From contig JBAYIY010000008.1 in assembly GCA_041665365.1 (NCBI GenBank), positions 6,396-70,395 on the forward strand: a stretch of DNA of 64,000 nt, given 5' to 3'. Each line of letters begins with the position of its first letter. Position 1 is the stretch's first letter. This DNA comes from Patescibacteria group bacterium (GTDB lineage: Bacteria; Patescibacteriota; Patescibacteriia; UBA9570). Under the pieces are notes generated by a model, which did not search any database, was not told the DNA's origin, and worked only from the letters and a program-made list of their open reading frames with translations. The translations under genes and the position numbers were made by a program. Of the stretch, positions 56,732-64,000 are shown piece by piece.

Positions 56732-58904
56732 AATTACCAAACGGCTTCCAACTTAACACAGTCTTACCAGCTCCATTTATTTTTACTACCACCGTTTTAT
56801 TTCTAACTTCTACTCGATAGGAATGTCTAATGTAGTGGTAAGTAGTTTGCTGCAATAAATTGAAGGTATTATTTTGTGTGTTAAAATTATAAACTCTTAA
56901 ATATAGAGTTGACGCTCGTTTAGCTGAGATAACAAACTCTTCGGTGTTTGTTGAATTATTCAGATTACCAATGGCTGGTTGGCGCCAGTGTAATTTAGGA
57001 GATAATCTTTGTTTCTTTAGGACTGTTCCGGTAGTATCGTACATATGTATAGTAGAACCAGATTTTTTCTTGAGAGCTAAAACATAATTAGTGTTTTTTA
57101 TGTCGACTAGTCGAGCAAGCACGCCTCCTTTAGTAAAGGCTACCCATTGTCTAATACGTACATCATTACTATCATATAGACTAATAATTCCAGGACCAGT
57201 GTTAGTACCCAGCACATAAGCCACTGATCCAGTATCGTTGGTTTCATTTCCATTAATGACATAACCGTCAGGTGTAGTGAAAGAACAGATCGAGATAGTA
57301 TCATTTGGATCACCTAAACTATCATTATCTTCATCACGATAATAAGTTTGATTTTCATGAATTGTAGCATCAGCATCATTACAGTCTGTGCTGGTAATAC
57401 TACCATCATTATCATAATCGGTATCATTTGTATCAGTGCTATTAGTGACATAGCCAGCTGTGACAGTCATCGAACAAACCACTGAGGTGGTAGCGAGATC
57501 ACCTAAACCATCCAGATCAGCATCACGGTAATAGGTTTGATTAGAGTGAACGGTGGCATCAGCATCATTACAGTCTGTGCTGGTAATACTACCATCATTA
57601 TCATAATCGGTATCATTGGTATCGGTGCTGTTATTAACGTAACCGGCTGGAGCAATGCTTAAACAAACGGCTGTTGTGGTTGCTAAATCCCCTAAACCAT
57701 CTTGATCGTTGTCTCGGTAATAAGTTTGGTTAATACTAACGGTAGCATCATTATCATTACAGTCTTGTCCAACATAACTGCCATCATTATCTGTGTCGTA
57801 GTCAATAATAGTTGCTCCAGCAAAAACTCCAGACGGATCCACTATACTATTGCTGTCTTCATCTAGATATAGATAACCAAGATAAGCAGCACCTGTATTA
57901 ACATCAACATCACTGTTTCCGTTAGCGCCTATTAATATATCATCAAAACCATCGTTATTAATATCGCCGGCGGGAGATACGGAAATACCAGCACTATCAC
58001 CAGCTGTTTCTCCAGTGAATTCTACTGCGGTTGATAAAGATGATGTACCAGTGAAAGGAGTTGATTGACCGTAAATCAGATAAACCGCACCTGCACTTGC
58101 ATCGGCATCGCTATTTCGATCAGCTCCTATTAAGATGTCATCAAAACCGTCATTGTTAACATCTCCGGCCGAAGCCACGGAACGCCCAGCATTATCATTA
58201 TTACCCGTTACCTCTCCAGTGAATTCTACTGCAGTTGATAAAGATGAAGTACCAGCGAAAGGAGTTGATTGACCATAGATTAAGTATACTGCACCGGCTC
58301 CAACGTCGGCGTCGTTATTTCCATCTGCACCGATTAAAATGTCATCAAAACCGTCATTATTAACATCGCCAGCCGAGGCCACAGCTCGTCCAGCAGCATC
58401 GTTCGCGGCTTCTCCGGTAAATTCTGCAGCGGTTGACAAAGAAATTACACCTGACAAAGGGGTAGCTTGTCCATAGATTAGATATGCCGCACCGGCTCCA
58501 ATGTCTGCGTCGCCATTTCTATAAGCTCCTATTAAAATGTCATCAAAACCGTCATTGTTAACATCTCCGGCCGAAGCCACGGAACGTCCAGCAGCGTCAT
58601 TTTCGGCTTCCCCGGTAAATTCCACCGCAGTTGATAAAGACGCACTGACTAAATGATTGGCTTGCCCATAGATCAGATAAACCGCACCGGCACCTATTGC
58701 CGCATCACTGTTTCCTTGGGCTGCTATTAAAATGTCGTCGTAACCATCACCATTAAAATCTCCAGCTGAAGATAAATGTTCACCGGCATAGTCAGAAGTG
58801 ACTTCACCGGTATATTCTTGAAAGGTAGATAAACTATACACATCTTGTGCTAAGGCAGATGATGGTAGAGTTAACAGCAAGGCTAGTAATATTTTTTTCA
58901 TCAT
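56730..58904 (-). CDS. Secreted FG-GAP (integrin alpha-like) repeat protein with MopE-like Asp/Cys repeats
   Basis: Signal peptide; five AGD(F/V/I)N.DG(Y/F)DDILI.A..GA.YL.Y repeats; three DNDG...DCND.DAT...TYYRD.D.D.LGD repeats. Confidence 0.88.
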   Translation of the reverse strand: MMKKILLALLLTLPSSALAQDVYSLSTFQEYTGEVTSDYAGEHLSSAGDFNGDGYDDILIAAQGNSDAAIGAGAVYLIYGQANHLVSASLSTAVEFTGEAENDAAGRSVASAGDVNNDGFDDILIGAYRNGDADIGAGAAYLIYGQATPLSGVISLSTAAEFTGEAANDAAGRAVASAGDVNNDGFDDILIGADGNNDADVGAGAVYLIYGQSTPFAGTSSLSTAVEFTGEVTGNNDNAGRSVASAGDVNNDGFDDILIGADRNSDADASAGAVYLIYGQSTPFTGTSSLSTAVEFTGETAGDSAGISVSPAGDINNDGFDDILIGANGNSDVDVNTGAAYLGYLYLDEDSNSIVDPSGVFAGATIIDYDTDNDGSYVGQDCNDNDATVSINQTYYRDNDQDGLGDLATTTAVCLSIAPAGYVNNSTDTNDTDYDNDGSITSTDCNDADATVHSNQTYYRDADLDGLGDLATTSVVCSMTVTAGYVTNSTDTNDTDYDNDGSITSTDCNDADATIHENQTYYRDEDNDSLGDPNDTISICSFTTPDGYVINGNETNDTGSVAYVLGTNTGPGIISLYDSNDVRIRQWVAFTKGGVLARLVDIKNTNYVLALKKKSGSTIHMYDTTGTVLKKQRLSPKLHWRQPAIGNLNNSTNTEEFVISAKRASTLYLRVYNFNTQNNTFNLLQQTTYHYIRHSYRVEVRNKTVVVKINGAGKTVLSWKPFGN

Positions 58905-58972
58905 AACAACAATATTATATCATTTTTAAATGATCAAAGGCAACTTTTTATTTTAATGTCTAGTTGACAACA

Positions 58973-59092
58973 ATTAGATTCCCTCACCACCTCTATGTTT
59001 ATGTTTTTCGAATCGATTGTGGCCATGATGGTAGGTTTTTTTACTGTTAGGTGTTTGTATTGCTATTTTTAAACCAAAAGAAAAACAGATAA
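58973..59092 (+). pseudogene. Duplicated, decayed 3' fragment of the DMT transporter gene
   Basis: 58973-59023 is identical to 56509-56559 (51 bp); the continuation is diverged and carries an internal deletion. Confidence 0.85.
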
Positions 59093-59192
59093 GGGGTGTT
59101 TTTCAAGTGAAAGGAGGATCGATGGATTGATCCTGCAACTTTCAAATTGCTATTTTGTCAAGTCTGTACTATTGTAGATACCCAACATATAT

Positions 59193-60935
59193 ATGACAAA
59201 ACTATTACGTTTTTTAAAACCATATTGGTGGCAATTATTGCTCTTGTTGGGGGTGGTGTTTTTACAAGTGGCGGCCAACTTATCTTTGCCAGATTATATG
59301 GCTAAGATTATCAATGACGGCATTGTGGCGAAAAATAGCGATCTCATTTGGTCGACGGGTGGAGTGATGTTACTCGTGTCATTAGGTGGTGCCGCAGCAA
59401 CGGTAGTGGTCAGTTTTTTTGCAGCTCGGATTGCCACCGGTTTTGCGAAAGATATTAGACAGCTAGTGTTTGAACAAGTCGAGAGTTATTCATTAACTGA
59501 GTTTAATAAATTTTCTACAGCATCTTTAATAACTCGCTCCACTAATGATATTCAACAAATTCAAATGGTATTGGTGATGGTGCTACGCTTAGTGTTAATG
59601 GCGCCACTAACTGCAGTATGGGCAATTTATAAAGCCTATCAAAATGCGCCATCGATGACCTGGATTATGATTTTAGCTGTGGTGATATTACTATCGATTA
59701 TTATTTCTTTATTCATTATCGCCATCCCAAAGTTTACTCGATTACAACAGTTGGTAGATAGACTCAACTTGGTTACCCGAGAAATTCTCACCGGGTTACG
59801 CGTGATTCGAGCGTTTAATACAGAGAGTAGTGAGGAGAAAAAATTTGACGAGGCTAATGTTGACGTCACGAAAATAAACTTATTTGTGAACCGCTTAACG
59901 GTGTTTATGTTCCCAATGATGATGTTGATAATGAATATCACCATGTTGAGTGTAGTGTGGGTGGGAGCACATTTAATTGATGCTGGTAGTTTAGAAATCG
60001 GTCAAATGTTGGCCTTTATGCAATATGCCATGCAAGTGATCTTTTCTTTCTTGATGATTTCTATAATATTTATTTTGATTCCACGGGCTTCAGTGTCGGC
60101 TAAACGTGTTGCGGCCGTGTTAGAAACACCTTCAACAATTATTGATCCAACGGCACCGCTATTATTTCCGGAAAAAAGAACTGGTCTGGTGGAATTTGAT
60201 CATGTCACTTTTTCTTATCCCGGAGCAGACGTACCGGTCTTAAAAGACATTTCATTTGTAGCTAAATCAGGTGAAACTACAGCCTTTATTGGTAGTACTG
60301 GTAGTGGCAAATCTACTCTCATAAATTTGATACCGAGATTTTATGATGTTACCAATGGGATAATTAAAATTGATGGGGTTGATATTCGCCAAGTAAAATT
60401 AGAAGATTTATATAGTGGCATTGGTTATGTGCCACAACAAGGGGTGTTATTTTCTGGCACCGTAAACAGCAATATTAAATACGGAGCGCCAGACGCCACA
60501 GTTGAAGCTGTAAAGCAAGCTGTTAAGACGGCGCAGGCCACTGAGTTTGTTGAGAAACTAGACGGTGGTTATGATGCACCAATTGCCCAAAGTGGCACAA
60601 ATGTATCTGGTGGACAGAAACAAAGACTATCGATTGCGCGAGCCATTATTCGTCAACCACAGATCTACATTTTTGATGATAGTTTTTCCGCTCTCGATAT
60701 GAAAACAGATGCCTTATTACGCCAAGCTTTACGAGCTGAAACACACGATAAAACTGTTTTGATAGTGGCACAAAGAATTAGTACTATCATGCAAGCTGAT
60801 AAAATTATTGTGCTGGATGAAGGCAATGTTGTAGGGCAAGGCACACATCAAGAGTTAATGAAAACCTGTGCGGTGTATCGTGAAATTGCTTCATCACAGT
60901 TGTCTGAAACTGAATTAAGTACGATATCAATATGA
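59193..60935 (+). CDS. ABC multidrug-type exporter, heterodimer subunit 1 (degenerate NBD)
   Basis: TMD plus GSTGSGKS, VSGGQKQR, IFDDS, AQR. Confidence 0.93.
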   Translation: MTKLLRFLKPYWWQLLLLLGVVFLQVAANLSLPDYMAKIINDGIVAKNSDLIWSTGGVMLLVSLGGAAATVVVSFFAARIATGFAKDIRQLVFEQVESYSLTEFNKFSTASLITRSTNDIQQIQMVLVMVLRLVLMAPLTAVWAIYKAYQNAPSMTWIMILAVVILLSIIISLFIIAIPKFTRLQQLVDRLNLVTREILTGLRVIRAFNTESSEEKKFDEANVDVTKINLFVNRLTVFMFPMMMLIMNITMLSVVWVGAHLIDAGSLEIGQMLAFMQYAMQVIFSFLMISIIFILIPRASVSAKRVAAVLETPSTIIDPTAPLLFPEKRTGLVEFDHVTFSYPGADVPVLKDISFVAKSGETTAFIGSTGSGKSTLINLIPRFYDVTNGIIKIDGVDIRQVKLEDLYSGIGYVPQQGVLFSGTVNSNIKYGAPDATVEAVKQAVKTAQATEFVEKLDGGYDAPIAQSGTNVSGGQKQRLSIARAIIRQPQIYIFDDSFSALDMKTDALLRQALRAETHDKTVLIVAQRISTIMQADKIIVLDEGNVVGQGTHQELMKTCAVYREIASSQLSETELSTISI

Positions 60936-62758
60936 GTAAGGCCGGAGATAATTTTGGTCCAATGGGGCGTGGCGCCGGTATGATGCAAGGTGGTGAAAAA
61001 TCCAAGAACTTTTCTGTTACCATGAAACGGTTATTATCGTACCTGCGTCCGTTCTGGTGGTCGATTGGTATTGTATTATTTTTCGCGTTGGCTAGTACCA
61101 TATTTGCTATTGTCAGTCCAAGAATATTAGGTGATATGACTAATCAGGTAGTACTGGATTTAATGCAACGATCAGAGTTTCATTATGACAAATTACTCAC
61201 CTATGTTTATGAATTAATAGCACTATATGTGTTAAGTGCACTGTTTAGTTATATCCAAAGTTGGATTATGAGTGGCGTAGCGCAAAAAATATCCTATAAG
61301 TTTAGGCGTGATTTGGTTGAAAAAATTGGGCGCATGCCATTAAAATATTTCGATTCCAATACCCATGGTGAAATATTAAGCCGCGTCACTAATGATGTTG
61401 ATACAGTGAGTCAATCACTTAATCAGAGCTTATCTCAAATTATTACCTCAGTGACTTTGATTCTTGGTATTTTAGGCATGATGTTATCGATCAGTTGGCA
61501 GATGACTGGTGTATCTCTGGTAGTATTGCCATTGAGTTTTGGATTGATCGGTATAATTGCTAAACGATCACAACGTTATTTTAAGCAACAGCAAGAAGTA
61601 TTAGGGCATCTCAATGGTCATGTGGAAGAAATGTATTCCGGACATAATGTGATGCGCGTGTTCAATGCCCAACAGCGGTCGGTGGAAAAATTTCGTAGTA
61701 TCAACGATAAACTGTATGTTAGTGCCTGGAAATCACAGTTTCTCTCAGGTTTATTAATGCCTCTCATGAGTTTTGTTAGTAACATTAGTTATGTTGGTGT
61801 GTCGGTTGTGGGTGGTTGGCTGGCCATCAATGGTAAGGTTAGTATTGGAGACATTCAAGCGTTTATACAATATGTGCAGCAATTTAACCAACCAATTATT
61901 CAGACGGCCAACATAGCTAATGTTATGCAATCAACCGCCGCAGCCGCTGAACGGGTGTTTGAATTTCTTGGTGAGTCAGAAGAAATATCTGATGCCGATC
62001 ATCGTTTAGCCCTAACCAACGTGCGTGGCCAAGTTGAATTTGATCACGTGGTGTTTGGTTATGATCCAGCGCAAGTTATCATTAAAGATTTTACCGCGGT
62101 AATAAAACCCGGTCAGCGCGTGGCCATAGTCGGGCCAACCGGTGCCGGAAAAACTACCATGGTTAATTTATTGATGCGCTTTTATGATGTGCAAGCTGGC
62201 AGTATTAAAATTGATGGTGTCGATATTCGCCGTTTAGCCAGATCTGATGTACGTAAATTATTCGGCATGGTGCTACAAGACACGTGGTTATTCAATGGTA
62301 CGATCAAAGACAATTTAGCTTACGGTAAACCGAGTGCCGCAGAGTCAGACATTACGGCGGCCGCTAAAAATGCCCATGCGGATCATTTTGTGCATTCACT
62401 ACCACATGGTTACGATATGGTGTTAGATGAAGACACTAATAACATTTCGCAGGGTGAGAAACAATTACTCACCATTGCTCGTGCCATGTTGGTAAAAACC
62501 CCGATGCTTATTTTAGATGAAGCCACCAGTTCGGTTGATACCCGCACGGAAAGTTTAATTCAACAAGCCATGGAGCGTTTGATGGAAGGCAAAACCAGTT
62601 TTGTGATTGCGCATCGTTTATCCACTATTCGTAAGGCTGATTTAATTTTAGTAATGGATCATGGCAACATTGTTGAACAGGGGACACACCAATCATTATT
62701 ACAAAACAATGGTTTTTACGCCTCGATCTATAATAGCCAGTTTGTGGGTGCTAACTAA
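60932..62758 (+). CDS. ABC multidrug-type exporter, heterodimer subunit 2
   Basis: TMD plus GPTGAGKT, ISQGEKQ, ILDEATS, AHR. Confidence 0.93.
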   Translation: MSKAGDNFGPMGRGAGMMQGGEKSKNFSVTMKRLLSYLRPFWWSIGIVLFFALASTIFAIVSPRILGDMTNQVVLDLMQRSEFHYDKLLTYVYELIALYVLSALFSYIQSWIMSGVAQKISYKFRRDLVEKIGRMPLKYFDSNTHGEILSRVTNDVDTVSQSLNQSLSQIITSVTLILGILGMMLSISWQMTGVSLVVLPLSFGLIGIIAKRSQRYFKQQQEVLGHLNGHVEEMYSGHNVMRVFNAQQRSVEKFRSINDKLYVSAWKSQFLSGLLMPLMSFVSNISYVGVSVVGGWLAINGKVSIGDIQAFIQYVQQFNQPIIQTANIANVMQSTAAAAERVFEFLGESEEISDADHRLALTNVRGQVEFDHVVFGYDPAQVIIKDFTAVIKPGQRVAIVGPTGAGKTTMVNLLMRFYDVQAGSIKIDGVDIRRLARSDVRKLFGMVLQDTWLFNGTIKDNLAYGKPSAAESDITAAAKNAHADHFVHSLPHGYDMVLDEDTNNISQGEKQLLTIARAMLVKTPMLILDEATSSVDTRTESLIQQAMERLMEGKTSFVIAHRLSTIRKADLILVMDHGNIVEQGTHQSLLQNNGFYASIYNSQFVGAN

Positions 62759-64000
62759 ATGGCGTCTCGACGATACAATATACGCTTGGCTATTTCTACT
62801 ATACCTAAATAAACAATTACTAATCCGGCAATGGTAAGCATGACATACCAAGGTAGAGGGGAGAAATTAAATATATCTCCCAGTGGAGTATAGGGTGTTA
62901 GCCAACCAATTATAACAGCAGTAACAGTGGAAAATATTAATAAATTACTGGCGCGACTTTGAATAAAAGGTAAGCGTTTGGTTCTAATGATGTGTATGAC
63001 CAGTGTTTGCGTAGCCAGCGATTCTATAAACCAACCGGTTTGAAAGGCGGATTCACCTAACTGAAAGACAGAGAAGAGAATATAGAAAGTTAGTAAATCA
63101 AACACGGAACTGATCGGGCCAAACACATACATGAATTTTTTTACAAAGGCTAGATTCCATTTTTTTGGTTTGTTCAACCAATCAGCATCCACATTATCCC
63201 AGGGAATAGTGATTTGCGATATATCGTAAATAAAATTATTAAATAGAATCTGGATTGGCAACATTGGTAAAAATGGTAGATACACCACAGCTCCTAACAC
63301 GCTGAACATGTTGCCGAAATTTGAGCTTAAACCCATCATGATATATTTCATCGTGTTACCAAAAGCCCGGCGGCCTTCAATAACACCTTCAATTACCACA
63401 CCCAAATGTTTTTTGGTTAAAATAATATCAGCGGTTTCTTTGGCAATATCAACGGCGTTATTAACTGAAATACCGACGTCGGCGGTTTTTAATGACGGGG
63501 CATCGTTGATACCATCACCCATGTATCCAACCACATGGCCACGACCACGCAACACGGCAATAATGCGATTTTTTTCGTCTGGAGAAAACCGCGCGAAGAT
63601 GGTGGTGGCTTCGGCGCGCACGGCTAGGGCATCATTAGACAAAGTCGCCAGTTCACTCCCAGACATAACACCTCTGACCTCTAACCCAACATCACGACAA
63701 ATTTTTTCTGTGACTAATTCATTATCTCCCGTAATGACCTTTATTTCGATACCATATTTTTCTAGTTTCAATAAAACTTTGCGGACATCAGTTTTGGCTG
63801 GATCCAGAAATGATACCAAACCGGTCAAAGTTAAATCGGCTTCATCGGCTATAGTATATTTATCTTTGGCGGCTAAATTTGGTTTGGTCGCCAAAGCCAA
63901 CACACGGTAACCTTCTGCACTTAATTTTTTATAATAATCGAAAGCAGTTTGCTTCATGTCTTCTGTTAGGGGATAGGTTTTGCCGCCACGGTAATAGTGA
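62755..64000 (-). CDS. mgtA: Mg2+-transporting P-type ATPase (5' end outside window)
   Basis: FLDP, TGDN, MGDGINDAP, SSNFGNMFS, FQTGWFIES..TQTL; frame is open to the window edge. Confidence 0.92.
   Translation of the reverse strand, partial: HYYRGGKTYPLTEDMKQTAFDYYKKLSAEGYRVLALATKPNLAAKDKYTIADEADLTLTGLVSFLDPAKTDVRKVLLKLEKYGIEIKVITGDNELVTEKICRDVGLEVRGVMSGSELATLSNDALAVRAEATTIFARFSPDEKNRIIAVLRGRGHVVGYMGDGINDAPSLKTADVGISVNNAVDIAKETADIILTKKHLGVVIEGVIEGRRAFGNTMKYIMMGLSSNFGNMFSVLGAVVYLPFLPMLPIQILFNNFIYDISQITIPWDNVDADWLNKPKKWNLAFVKKFMYVFGPISSVFDLLTFYILFSVFQLGESAFQTGWFIESLATQTLVIHIIRTKRLPFIQSRASNLLIFSTVTAVIIGWLTPYTPLGDIFNFSPLPWYVMLTIAGLVIVYLGIVEIAKRILYRRDAI

Noticed and set aside
57300-58790. Regular repeats as a non-coding array
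   Set aside because: They are in-frame coding repeats of the FG-GAP protein.
56509-59092. Duplicated DMT segment as a DGR template/variable repeat pair
   Set aside because: The differences are not adenine-specific, include a deletion, and no reverse transcriptase is present.
59108-59144. Hairpin TGAAAG-GAGGATCGAT..ATTGATCCT..CTTTCA upstream of the ABC exporter as a riboswitch or attenuator
   Set aside because: A single imperfect stem with no recognisable aptamer, leader peptide or U tract; evidence is insufficient.
1-64000. Prophage, IS element or alternative genetic code
   Set aside because: No phage, integrase or transposase motifs were seen; core genes translate intact with code 11 and several end at TGA.

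Overview
A 64 kb gene-dense, AT-rich chromosomal segment from a small-genome bacterium. Gene order (rpmF-nusB-rnc-smc), shortened housekeeping proteins, scarce Shine-Dalgarno sites, many apparently leaderless genes, PilB, VanW and FG-GAP surface proteins all point to Patescibacteria/CPR (Parcubacteria-like); this assignment is an inference. Housekeeping genes include smc, rnc, nusB, rpmF, tpiA, gyrA, rpsA, ftsH, rplS, queA, ruvB, tsaD, valS, purK/purE and mgtA. There are six tRNAs (one is tRNA-Ile with a UAU anticodon), a glycan cluster and several ABC transporters. Most notable: (1) a DUF559 nuclease gene bracketed by structured inverted repeats, with gene-less relatives of the same repeat elsewhere in the window, i.e. 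a candidate nuclease/repeat mobile system; (2) GTAG-type palindromes whose flanks differ per site yet are always palindromic; (3) hairpin elements at tRNA 3' ends that duplicate the tRNA terminus; (4) an unannotated ~115-165 nt structured RNA with its own promoter and terminator; (5) a 32-aa Lys-rich microprotein with textbook expression signals; (6) a PHP domain fused to a catalytically dead CDP-alcohol phosphotransferase domain; (7) a hinge-less SMC and two tandem soluble Hanks kinases. No CRISPR array, integrase, transposase or reverse transcriptase was seen. All calls come from reading motifs by eye; no database search was run.
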